Shown here piece by piece: positions 48,579 to 57,928 of a stretch of 64,000 bases of DNA. The notes beneath the pieces were generated by a model. The model made no database searches, had not been told where the DNA came from, and worked only from the letters and a program-made list of their open reading frames with translations. Source of the stretch: a bacterium (lineage in GTDB: Bacteria > Patescibacteriota > Microgenomatia > Levybacterales > UBA12049); the NCBI GenBank assembly GCA_021777565.1, contig JAJYDJ010000005.1:30400-94399 (forward strand). Reading direction: 5' to 3'. Each line of letters begins with the position of its first letter. Position 1 is the first letter of the stretch. A program made the position numbers and the translations under genes.

Positions 48579-51500
48579 TTATGGCTGATCTTCGATAACG
48601 GCACCCTGCTCAAAGGTGAAAGTATACGGATGTGCTGCATCTTTTGGATAAAACTCACCAGTCTTAGCAATCATAACAGCAGGATTTTCATCGCCATAGA
48701 CAAACCACAACCCATCTGGGAACCCTACAGGGAAAATCCAGGCATTGGCTTCCCTGATAGGAAGTTTATTAACGTATACTGTGTCTGCATGAGTAAGCGT
48801 CGGGTATTTTGTTTTGAAAAATCCTAATGTGTTTTGGGTTATTTTCCCAGCTCTTTGCCATTGCATGCCTACTGTGTATAGGTTCCACAGATGATTCCCC
48901 ATGAAGACGACAAAAAGGAGAGTCAATACTGTAATCAAGATTCGGGAAGGATAGGATTGTACCAACCATCTCACAAGTGCCACAAAGAAAATAATCAGAC
49001 CAACTGAAGCCAAATAAATATATCGTTCAGTAATATTACCAAGTCCAATAAATGGTAAGGCAGCAACGAGAGCAAACCCAAATCCAAAGAATATCGCTTT
49101 ATCTACTTTGGTTAATGACTTTGCAATAAGTTTCCAGAAAACAAGTATCAGAAGAAGTGCTGCGAATGTGACCCCCACAGAGGCGACAATGACAGCATTG
49201 TTATGTCTCATACTTTCACGAAGCCAAGTATAGGTCCCCAGTGAACTTTGCCCAAAGAAGAAGAGTCCAAGGTATCCAATCTTGTTCCCAATTGCATTCG
49301 GGATAAAATGAGCAAGATTATAACTATAATCTCCTGCAATTGCAGCCACATGTGAAGTTTGGCGTACAAAAAGATAGAGTGCGTCTACAATCAGGAATGG
49401 CGCATATACCCACCATGTTTTTTTCTTTTTTTCTACTCCAAAGAGATCAGCAACAAGACAAAGGAGCATAAATACTACACCCATTTCATATGTGATAACG
49501 CTCAATATTGAAAATATCAGTGACAAACTATATGAAACCCAGCTGGATTTCTCTCTAAATCGTATGAACTGCAAAATACCAAGAAGCATCCACAATGTTG
49601 AAAGAGTAATAGAAATCGTCGAAATCCAGAAAATATTTTCTGCATGGAATGAACCAAATGCGAAAATAATTGCTCCAATGAATGCCCACAATTTTGACTT
49701 AAACACCTTATAAAACAACGCATATGCACTCGCCGTGACTGCAAAGTGAAGGAAGACAAAGAATGTATGATACCCCTCAGGATTGAACCCAAAGAAAGAG
49801 AACAACCCAATCATTACGATCTTGTCCAGTGGTCGATAGAAGAATCCCTGTGCATCAGTAAAGTACCTTGGGATATTTGTAAACACGGCTGAGGCAGCCC
49901 ATCTCAGCCAGGTGAAATCATCTGCAACGAAGAAGTTGCTCATAAATGGCAACGTAATTGCAATGAGGATGACAAAAACATAAAACATCAGGAAGAAATG
50001 TGAAGTGACAATCTCTCTTACCGCACTCAAGAGGGAGAACGACTTATCCTTTACCAAAAGCAATGTCCCTCCCATGATACCTAAAAGCAGCCATACTGTT
50101 TCTGCAATCTTTGATGCTTCAAACATGTCATAAAAAATAGCATTCACGAATAGGCCAACTATTCCCCCTACGATGCCAAGCATGAATGCTTTGACCATCT
50201 TATCTTCAATGGCATTAAATGAGTGACGCATCAGTACACCTATTACCAGGAAAATGAATGCAAATGAAAGTACTCCCAGAAGCCCGGTTTCACCAAGATT
50301 TCGCAGATAGTCATTGTCGGCAGCCAAAGTAATGGTCGCAAAACCGCTCCCTAGGAATGGATTTCTTAGGAAGGCGTTCCACGCATTGGGCCACTCTCCT
50401 TGCAGTCTGGTTGTAAATGAGATGTCATATACCAAGACTTTTTTCACCGTAAAGTTGCCTGAGACACTGGAGAGCTGCACGCCACCATAGTCAAAATTGA
50501 GTTGCTTTGCCTTTGTTACCGACAGTGAACTCTGCACAACTGCAGTGGTAGTCTTTTGTACATTTGTTGTTGTCTGAGGGATATTGATATACGAGGTACC
50601 CAAAGGAACATTTTGGTCCGGTGCTGCCGCCGCAACTGCTACTTTCTTCCCTTGATCAAGTGCTTGCTTTTGTTCATCGGTCAGTGAGTTGTTCGCAAGT
50701 CCCACCACTTCTCCTTGACTATCAACAACAACCGACTGCGTGCGAAAAGTTTGGGCAATTCTCTTAATTGTTGAGCTATTAAATGTGAAAAGACACAAGA
50801 TACTGATCGCGAAAATGGGTATAATTGCTTTCTTTTGCTTGATAATAATCAATGTCACCCCCATAGCAATAAAGTACGCTACGACAGCGATTCGTGAAGC
50901 GGTAAAGCTCATCATAAGAATGGATAACACACCGAGTATCCAAAGCGAAACTTTCTTTTTCCATGCATAAGTAAAGCTTACGGCAAAAATAACAGGGATC
51001 AGAAGAACGAGCCATCCCGCTAGATCATAGTGACCAGCAAACGTACTCGTCATGCGACTATCAAATGGCAAACAGAGAGGAAGTCCTTTCGCAAATTCTT
51101 CATTTCCCGTCTGGAAGGAAGGAAAGCAAAAATTAAATTTTTCGTGCACGATCGGGAACCAATGCCAAATAAAGGTATAAAATTTCTGGCCATATCCATA
51201 GATAAGCACAGCAACCAGAGTTGCCATTAATATCTTGAAATAGAAGTGAATATCTTTCACTTTGGTAATGACTGAAACACCGACAAAGAATAAAATCATG
51301 TACTCAATACGGCGTAGGTACGAAAGCACAGCCACACTTGGGAAGAAATTCGCAACATGTGGGCCAATATATATAATAGAAATGATCAAACTAGCAAGCC
51401 CAACGACCCAGTACAAGATAAATGAGGCACCAATCGATGCAGGGAAGCTAACTTTTCGCCGCACTAATCGAAAGAGATAGTATGCAACAAGCAATGCGAT

Positions 51501-51644
51501 GAGGAAGTCCTCCAATCGAATATACACCCACGTGTGGTGGATATAAATTGTTGGTAGTTTTGGATATAACGCAACAAAAGCAAGCGCAAATGCCACTCCA
51601 AAACGCAAAAAATTAGCATCAAGCCATCCAAAAAGCTTTCTCAT
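48579..51644 (-). CDS. Fusion of an O-antigen ligase-like domain and a GT-C domain
   Basis: N-half: RMTSTFAGHYDL, TASR, NPFLGSG, DNDYLRNLGETGLLG. C-half: FVADDF, FYRPL, ERYIY. Confidence 0.75.
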   Translation of the reverse strand: MRKLFGWLDANFLRFGVAFALAFVALYPKLPTIYIHHTWVYIRLEDFLIALLVAYYLFRLVRRKVSFPASIGASFILYWVVGLASLIISIIYIGPHVANFFPSVAVLSYLRRIEYMILFFVGVSVITKVKDIHFYFKILMATLVAVLIYGYGQKFYTFIWHWFPIVHEKFNFCFPSFQTGNEEFAKGLPLCLPFDSRMTSTFAGHYDLAGWLVLLIPVIFAVSFTYAWKKKVSLWILGVLSILMMSFTASRIAVVAYFIAMGVTLIIIKQKKAIIPIFAISILCLFTFNSSTIKRIAQTFRTQSVVVDSQGEVVGLANNSLTDEQKQALDQGKKVAVAAAAPDQNVPLGTSYINIPQTTTNVQKTTTAVVQSSLSVTKAKQLNFDYGGVQLSSVSGNFTVKKVLVYDISFTTRLQGEWPNAWNAFLRNPFLGSGFATITLAADNDYLRNLGETGLLGVLSFAFIFLVIGVLMRHSFNAIEDKMVKAFMLGIVGGIVGLFVNAIFYDMFEASKIAETVWLLLGIMGGTLLLVKDKSFSLLSAVREIVTSHFFLMFYVFVILIAITLPFMSNFFVADDFTWLRWAASAVFTNIPRYFTDAQGFFYRPLDKIVMIGLFSFFGFNPEGYHTFFVFLHFAVTASAYALFYKVFKSKLWAFIGAIIFAFGSFHAENIFWISTISITLSTLWMLLGILQFIRFREKSSWVSYSLSLIFSILSVITYEMGVVFMLLCLVADLFGVEKKKKTWWVYAPFLIVDALYLFVRQTSHVAAIAGDYSYNLAHFIPNAIGNKIGYLGLFFFGQSSLGTYTWLRESMRHNNAVIVASVGVTFAALLLILVFWKLIAKSLTKVDKAIFFGFGFALVAALPFIGLGNITERYIYLASVGLIIFFVALVRWLVQSYPSRILITVLTLLFVVFMGNHLWNLYTVGMQWQRAGKITQNTLGFFKTKYPTLTHADTVYVNKLPIREANAWIFPVGFPDGLWFVYGDENPAVMIAKTGEFYPKDAAHPYTFTFEQGAVIEDQP

Positions 51645-52491
51645 ATGTTTGGTATAAATACTTATTCCCCAAAATTCGACCTACTCCAATTAATATAGCA
51701 GCTTTTGTTTTCAAAAGCATCCTTACTACTATATATTCTGGCAGAGAATAATGCTTTTTGAAAAGATAGGGAAGATTCTTATAGATATTTACTATGGCAA
51801 ATGTTCTATTCGAGCTCCCATAGTCTCTATGCACGATATGTGCTTGAGGATAATAAATACGGCTAAATCCAAGCTTCATGGCACGATAATTGAAGTCAAC
51901 ATCCTCTTCATACATAAAAATCTTTTCATCAAATCCACCAATTTTTTGATAGGTTTCTTTCTTCATCATCAGGAATGCTCCTTTGAGCCAATCCACGGGA
52001 TGGATAGTATCCGCTGTTTTTTGGAACCCATCAAGTCGTTGCATCCCCAATTGATATTCCAAGACTGACCACAGTGTATAAAATTTCCCGGTAGAGACTT
52101 GTAGTGTGCCATTCTCATTCTTTATCTTTCCACCTAACAAACCTATATCTGGATTATTTACTAAATACTCATACATTGAAGAAAGAGAGTTATCCTCAAG
52201 ATAAGAGTCATTATTCAGAAGGACAATATAGTCACCTTTCGCTTTCTCGACTGCTCTGTTATACCCAAACCCAAATCCTCCATTATGCCCACTTTCATAC
52301 ACGTGCACGTTTTTGTACTTCTTAAACTCTTTTTTCATCACCTCATACGCACCATCTGGTGAATCATTGTCCATCACAATGTACTCAAATTCTCCTGACT
52401 CAAACTCCTTGCGGTAATATTTCCACAATGACTCCATGCAGGAGATAGTAAGTTCTGGACGATTATACGTAAGAGAAAGAATACTCAACAT
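51619..52491 (-). CDS. GT2 glycosyltransferase (WbbL-like)
   Basis: DNDS.D, GFGFGYN, LLNND, FDEKIFMYEEDVD. Confidence 0.9.
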   Translation of the reverse strand: MLSILSLTYNRPELTISCMESLWKYYRKEFESGEFEYIVMDNDSPDGAYEVMKKEFKKYKNVHVYESGHNGGFGFGYNRAVEKAKGDYIVLLNNDSYLEDNSLSSMYEYLVNNPDIGLLGGKIKNENGTLQVSTGKFYTLWSVLEYQLGMQRLDGFQKTADTIHPVDWLKGAFLMMKKETYQKIGGFDEKIFMYEEDVDFNYRAMKLGFSRIYYPQAHIVHRDYGSSNRTFAIVNIYKNLPYLFKKHYSLPEYIVVRMLLKTKAAILIGVGRILGNKYLYQTYEKAFWMA

Positions 52492-52497
52492 AGGTTT

Positions 52498-53079
52498 TTA
52501 TCGAAACCATGCAGCTCTACCAAGCTTATAATGAAGATCTTTGTTTTGCCTTTCCCCAATTACCTTTGCGGGTACGCCTCCAACCATCATAAATGGTTCT
52601 ATGTTTTTGGTCACGACTGCCCCAGCACCAACAATGGCACCCTTCCCAATAGTCACCCCAGGCAGAACTATGACGCGAGGCCCAATAAAGACATAATCTT
52701 CGATAACGACTGATTCTGAAGTTGCATGGAAGTCATCGGCATTCATATCGTGTTGGCTGTTATACACCATCACGCCTGTAGCAAAGTCTACGTGATCCCC
52801 AATAGTTATGGGAGATCGTCCATCAAGTATCACTTGCTCACCAATAATTGTATCGTTCCCAATACGGATGTTAGCTGGATCATAAAAAACGGCTCCCATA
52901 TGGATGACTGACCCTTTGCCTATTTTTATACCAGCTAAGCGGTAAAAAAACCTACGTACGAAATGTGATGGGACATATCCAATAAGAGTCAATAGATAAA
53001 TCTCAAACTCCAGTAGTACTGTCGTAATGCGACGAATAATGCGTTGTTGTATAGATAGTTTGCTCATATTATTTCCCAT
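52498..53079 (-). CDS. Hexapeptide-repeat O-acyltransferase
   Basis: Left-handed beta-helix repeats, VGAGAVVTK, GGVPAKVI. Confidence 0.9.
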   Translation of the reverse strand: MGNNMSKLSIQQRIIRRITTVLLEFEIYLLTLIGYVPSHFVRRFFYRLAGIKIGKGSVIHMGAVFYDPANIRIGNDTIIGEQVILDGRSPITIGDHVDFATGVMVYNSQHDMNADDFHATSESVVIEDYVFIGPRVIVLPGVTIGKGAIVGAGAVVTKNIEPFMMVGGVPAKVIGERQNKDLHYKLGRAAWFR

Positions 53080-54187
53080 TTGCGACCGACTCCAAAACAG
53101 CCAGTGTTTCTTCAGCGGTCTTCTCCCAATTAAATTTTTTCACTTGTTGGTATCCTTTCGCAACCATGTCTTTACGCAACTTTTTATCAGTTAGTACTTT
53201 CTCAATAGCTCGCGTAATGTCATCTGTGTCCTCTGGATTGCAATATTCTGCGGCGTCTCCACCGATTTCTGGCAGACTGCTTACATTACTGGTCACCACA
53301 GGACATCCTGCTTGCATAGCCTCAAGGATAGGCAATCCAAAACCTTCATAGAGGCTTGGAAGGACAAAACACTCAGCATTGGCATACAACACTTTTGCTT
53401 CCTCATCAGGGGCAAAGTCTAAAAAGTGTACTTTATCGGAAATTCCCAACTGTTCTGGTTTTGCAAGGATCGGTTCATACAGCCAGCCCTTCCTTCCGAC
53501 AATCACCAACTGTAAGTCAGTATGTTCTTTACTCACTTTCGCAAATGCATCGATAAGACGAGAGAGATTTTTACGTGGTTGAATTGTCCCAAGATACAAA
53601 AGATACGGGGAAGTAAATGCATATTTCTTCTCTAGCTGCTGTAAGGTTATTGTACTTTCCATATGTTCACTTTCTTTGATACCAAGATGGGTCACTGTCA
53701 CATCCTCTGGCTTGACCTTATATAATTTGATTATATCATCTCGTGTTTTCCCACTCACTGCAAGCACATGAGTTGCCTGATTTACTGAGTATTTGGTCCA
53801 GTTAATAAGCTGGTAGAGATCTTTTTTTAGAAAGTGATCCGGGAAGAAAAGATACGCAAGGTCATGAATAACGATGACAGATGGGACTGGTGAGAAGCGT
53901 GGTGCATAATGATTGGGACTGAAAAACACATCTGGACGTGGGGAATGAGTAAAGAGGTCTATCGGAAGACCAATTTGGGTCCAGAACTTTTTAGGTTTTA
54001 CGATACGATATCTAAAATGTTGCGTCTGAGCCGGCATATGGGGAAGTGGAGGTTCTTTGAGATAAATAACAAATTGTATATCCTCTCTTTTGAGTGACTG
54101 AAACTTTGCAAGAAGCTCGTACGTATAGACACTTACGCCAACTAAACGCGACACATTTGCTTCATTTCCATCAATGCCAATAATCAT
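53069..54187 (-). CDS. GT4 glycosyltransferase
   Basis: IHDL, QPRKN, PSLYEGFGLPILEAM. Confidence 0.92.
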   Translation of the reverse strand: MIIGIDGNEANVSRLVGVSVYTYELLAKFQSLKREDIQFVIYLKEPPLPHMPAQTQHFRYRIVKPKKFWTQIGLPIDLFTHSPRPDVFFSPNHYAPRFSPVPSVIVIHDLAYLFFPDHFLKKDLYQLINWTKYSVNQATHVLAVSGKTRDDIIKLYKVKPEDVTVTHLGIKESEHMESTITLQQLEKKYAFTSPYLLYLGTIQPRKNLSRLIDAFAKVSKEHTDLQLVIVGRKGWLYEPILAKPEQLGISDKVHFLDFAPDEEAKVLYANAECFVLPSLYEGFGLPILEAMQAGCPVVTSNVSSLPEIGGDAAEYCNPEDTDDITRAIEKVLTDKKLRKDMVAKGYQQVKKFNWEKTAEETLAVLESVANGK

Positions 54188-54759
54188 ATACCTACTCCTT
54201 CATATATTACGGTAATTTTATCCTGAGGTATATGCAGAATATTTATAATGTCATTTTTGGTTGCCTCCGAGACGGCAATTATCTGATCACACTCTTTTGC
54301 AACCCATGAAAGTCGCTTCTTTTGCACAGCTACGATATTTGCCACAGGAGCAAAGTTTTTAAGAGAAAATCCCAATTTCTTATGCGCTTCTTCAGGATAT
54401 AGATAGACACTCAAATCATGAATAATACTTACCTTTTTGGCAAAAAGTGTTGGTGGTTCTGTCCAATCTGAAGAAAGGAACACATCGACTTTCCCAATAA
54501 AAAGTTCTATCGGTACAATATGTAACACGTTCCAAAGTATATGAAGAAATGTTGGTGGAAAGGGAAATTTTTTGAGAGTGACATTGGACTGTTTTGCCAA
54601 TTCCTTCATTGCAGCAGGAAGTTCACCTCTTAATGTTGCAAAGAATAACACATACGTATTCTCTTTATCCTTTTCAATCAGATGAGAAACTAAGCGACTT
54701 GTGAGTCTCCCAACTCCTTGTGGATACACGGTTTGAGAGATATCAATAGCTATCTTCAT
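54184..54759 (-). CDS. GT4 N-terminal domain-only protein
   Basis: MKIAID, GVGR, IHDL, AVSEATK; ends at VIYEG with no C-terminal domain. Confidence 0.7.
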   Translation of the reverse strand: MKIAIDISQTVYPQGVGRLTSRLVSHLIEKDKENTYVLFFATLRGELPAAMKELAKQSNVTLKKFPFPPTFLHILWNVLHIVPIELFIGKVDVFLSSDWTEPPTLFAKKVSIIHDLSVYLYPEEAHKKLGFSLKNFAPVANIVAVQKKRLSWVAKECDQIIAVSEATKNDIINILHIPQDKITVIYEGVGI

Positions 54760-54760
54760 A

Positions 54761-54994
54761 TTACCTCTTATTGTGACTATTTTTTATCTCTATCACAATC
54801 CCCTGAGCAACTGCCAGGAGAAAAAATCCTGCCGCGTACCAGGTCAAGTGCTCTGCAGTAAAGAATACCCACTTAGCAAAAAGTGGTATGGCAAGCACCA
54901 CACAAGCAAGTCCAATCCCTGCACTTAATCGAATATTTTGTCTAGATGCTATAAGGACAAAGATAACCAGAAAAAAGATATCTTGAATTTTCAT
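54761..54994 (-). CDS. Small membrane protein
   Basis: 77 aa, hydrophobic, tightly packed between neighbours. Confidence 0.65.
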   Translation of the reverse strand: MKIQDIFFLVIFVLIASRQNIRLSAGIGLACVVLAIPLFAKWVFFTAEHLTWYAAGFFLLAVAQGIVIEIKNSHNKR

Positions 54995-54995
54995 A

Positions 54996-55937
54996 TTAGT
55001 GTTTTTTTACGGGCGCTATTTCTCTAAACGTCGTCATATGCCTCGCAGCATTTTGATCCATATATACCATCATATCAGCTATAAGACCAGTAAATATTGT
55101 TTGGAGTCCTACAATAACGAAAAGCACACCAATAATTAAAATTGGTCTGTCCCCTACTGTCTGGTGATAGGCATAATGAAGAATAGTTAAATAGCTCAGC
55201 ATTATTAAACCAATAAAAAGTACTAGTGTGCCGGTAAATCCAAAAAAATGCATTGGTCTTTTAATGAATTTCGACACAAAAAGAACAGTGAACATGTCAG
55301 GCCAGTCTTTAAAAATCTTTATAAACCCATACTTAGATTTCCCGTATAGTCGTGGTTTATGATCAACGACAACCTCTGAGATTCGATACCCTTGTTGTTG
55401 TAACATCATCGGAATAAACCGATGCATCCCCCCATAAAGCCTCAAACTTCTCGCAGCCTCCGCAGTATATAACTTAAACCCACAGTTATAATCATGAATC
55501 GTAAGTTTCCAAAAGATTCGTGTCATTGCATTCCAGATCCGAGATGGGATGACCATATATGACTTATCTTTACGATTTTTTCTCCAGCCAGCCACCATGT
55601 CATACCCCTCGTTCATCTTTGCAATAAATTTGGGGATATCATTAGGATTATCCTGTAAATCTGCATCCATGGTCATGATCATGTCACCTTTTGCCTGTGT
55701 AAAAGCAATATTCAGTGCTTCAGATTTGCCACGATTAACGGCAAATGATAGTATGCGGGCATGACTATCTTTGTGCGCAATTTTTTGCATGACCTGTACT
55801 GTCTTATCTGTCGATCCATCATTGAAAAAAAGAAGTTCATATCCAATCTTTTCTTTATGGAGGACGTCAATAATTTTCTTATAGAGGACTGGCAGATTAT
55901 CCTCTTCATTGTACGCGGGTATAACAATGCTGAGCAT
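54996..55937 (-). CDS. GT2 polyprenol-phosphate glycosyltransferase (ArnC/GtrB/DPM-synthase-like)
   Basis: PAYNEE, DGSTD, MDADLQD, DYNCGFK, two C-terminal TMs. Confidence 0.88.
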   Translation of the reverse strand: MLSIVIPAYNEEDNLPVLYKKIIDVLHKEKIGYELLFFNDGSTDKTVQVMQKIAHKDSHARILSFAVNRGKSEALNIAFTQAKGDMIMTMDADLQDNPNDIPKFIAKMNEGYDMVAGWRKNRKDKSYMVIPSRIWNAMTRIFWKLTIHDYNCGFKLYTAEAARSLRLYGGMHRFIPMMLQQQGYRISEVVVDHKPRLYGKSKYGFIKIFKDWPDMFTVLFVSKFIKRPMHFFGFTGTLVLFIGLIMLSYLTILHYAYHQTVGDRPILIIGVLFVIVGLQTIFTGLIADMMVYMDQNAARHMTTFREIAPVKKH

Positions 55938-55976
55938 AGGCGTATTGTAACATGCGCATGCTGAATGAACAATTTT

Positions 55977-57926
55977 TTAAACAAAGACCAGACAGAGAAG
56001 GAAGGCTATCACGATACTACTCATAACATATCCATACCACTTGGTGTCCTCTTGGCTGTAAACAAGTTCTGCAGTATATTGCCCTTGAGGTAAAACAAAC
56101 TCCATATGCGTACTGTCCTGTTTCTCTGGGACAAGCTCTTTACCATTTGTTACTCTTACTCTCCACAATGGGTCATAATTTTCAGAGAAAACTAGCCTAC
56201 TCGCTGAGGTGGCACTGTCGATATCTAGTCCGTACCTGTCAGGAGAGATCATCTGGTAATGCAGTCTCCCCGGACCGAGGAGAGAAAGATGATCCATGGG
56301 CTGTGGGACCGTATAAATCGTTATATTGGAAGTTGTTGTGAGTGCAGCAAGTCCCGAGATCGTTGCTACCTGCGCTACTGCTTGCTGATGCAATTCTTCA
56401 GAATATTTCCAGTCACGAATAAATATTTGTCCTTCTGGATCATCCGGGACTACTACATAGCCAATACTGTTGTTTGCCAAAAAATCTACCCCTTTGGTAG
56501 AAAGATCATCAAGTGTCGCCGACTGGCTACTCTCTGCAAAAAAACCACTAGCATCTACCGCGGGATGCAGAGACGTACTGTCAGCAAAATGTGCTTTTTG
56601 TGGAACCCAAAGTACACGAGAGAATTCTTGATCACTCGCAAGTAATGCACTCAGCTGCACATACTCCTGAGGCAGTGTGTGAGACGCAAATGTACCCCGC
56701 AAAGTAAATGCCTTTCTCTCAACAAAAAGAAATGTTATTACGAGAACACAAAGAAGAACTATACGCAGATTCCTCCTCTTTATATATGAACCTGCTTGTG
56801 CAACTGACAATGTAATCAGGACAGACATTCCCAGTGCAATATAAAGATAAAACTTCGATGGATCTCTGAAGAGATTCATCCCAGGGATGTGTCCATACAT
56901 CCACAAATACTGTTGCCCAAAAGGATCATTTACCCCTTTTGCAAGGAATGCACCTATGAGTGTCAGCAATGCAAAAAGATACACAACTTGTTTTGTTGTT
57001 TTTTCATGTATTATAACCAGTGATGCAAACGCTACAAGTGGGAATAAAAGAAATTCTTCCTGCATAAATCCAACTTTCCCAAAGATATTTTCAGGCCAAT
57101 TTGGATGCAATAGCCCAAGTGTATTTTCTAACTTGGCGAAACTAAAAAAACGAATGGCAGCCTCACTACTTTGTAACACAGCGACTGTCGAATTCGGATT
57201 TTGGTGATACCAGAACAACGGGAATATCCAATACAAGTGGACCAACAATCCTAACGTTAGCGAACTTATCACCGGCACTATATTTCTCCGTTGCCAAATT
57301 GCAAGAAGAGCAATAATTCCTCCGATCATGTATGCAAAACGGATATCTAGTAATATAAGAGCAGAAAAAAGGAAAGATGCAACAGCAACCTGTCTCCTCA
57401 GACCACCTGTCACGTGAATGAAAAGTTGATAGAACGATGTAACCACCACTGGACACAATGCATACGCAAGGGCTACATTCATTTGCCCTCCTTCTACCAA
57501 CATCAGCACGTAGGTATTTGCTACATATATACCAACACCTATCCAGAGCGCCGGAGAAGAGAATGAAAGCTTCGTAAATTTCCTTAAAAAATACCACGCT
57601 GAGAACGTTGCAAGAGCAAGATACGCCCAAAACCAGGCAATTCTTTGCATAAAATCCCACGGGAGATGAAGCAGCGTATGAAAGATAAATACTGTAATTC
57701 TCAGATAACTTTCTACCCACCCATACTTCATCATGGTCTCACCAAAACCATTGCCAAAGACACCATCCCAACTAGGAAGAATGGGGAAGAACTCAACAAG
57801 TCTATCGTTAAAATAATATGGGTGATCAAACCCAGAAATCAAACCAGGAGAAAACCACTTATGAAAGACCATGAGGATAATCACGCAATAAGAAAAAAAT
57901 GGCAGATATTTTTTTATTTTTTGCAT
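55977..57926 (-). CDS. GT-C-like polytopic membrane protein (AftD/YfhO-like)
   Basis: Multi-TM, LFRDPSKF, LVFSENYDPLW, C-terminal TM. Confidence 0.65.
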   Translation of the reverse strand: MQKIKKYLPFFSYCVIILMVFHKWFSPGLISGFDHPYYFNDRLVEFFPILPSWDGVFGNGFGETMMKYGWVESYLRITVFIFHTLLHLPWDFMQRIAWFWAYLALATFSAWYFLRKFTKLSFSSPALWIGVGIYVANTYVLMLVEGGQMNVALAYALCPVVVTSFYQLFIHVTGGLRRQVAVASFLFSALILLDIRFAYMIGGIIALLAIWQRRNIVPVISSLTLGLLVHLYWIFPLFWYHQNPNSTVAVLQSSEAAIRFFSFAKLENTLGLLHPNWPENIFGKVGFMQEEFLLFPLVAFASLVIIHEKTTKQVVYLFALLTLIGAFLAKGVNDPFGQQYLWMYGHIPGMNLFRDPSKFYLYIALGMSVLITLSVAQAGSYIKRRNLRIVLLCVLVITFLFVERKAFTLRGTFASHTLPQEYVQLSALLASDQEFSRVLWVPQKAHFADSTSLHPAVDASGFFAESSQSATLDDLSTKGVDFLANNSIGYVVVPDDPEGQIFIRDWKYSEELHQQAVAQVATISGLAALTTTSNITIYTVPQPMDHLSLLGPGRLHYQMISPDRYGLDIDSATSASRLVFSENYDPLWRVRVTNGKELVPEKQDSTHMEFVLPQGQYTAELVYSQEDTKWYGYVMSSIVIAFLLCLVFV

Positions 57927-57928
57927 AC

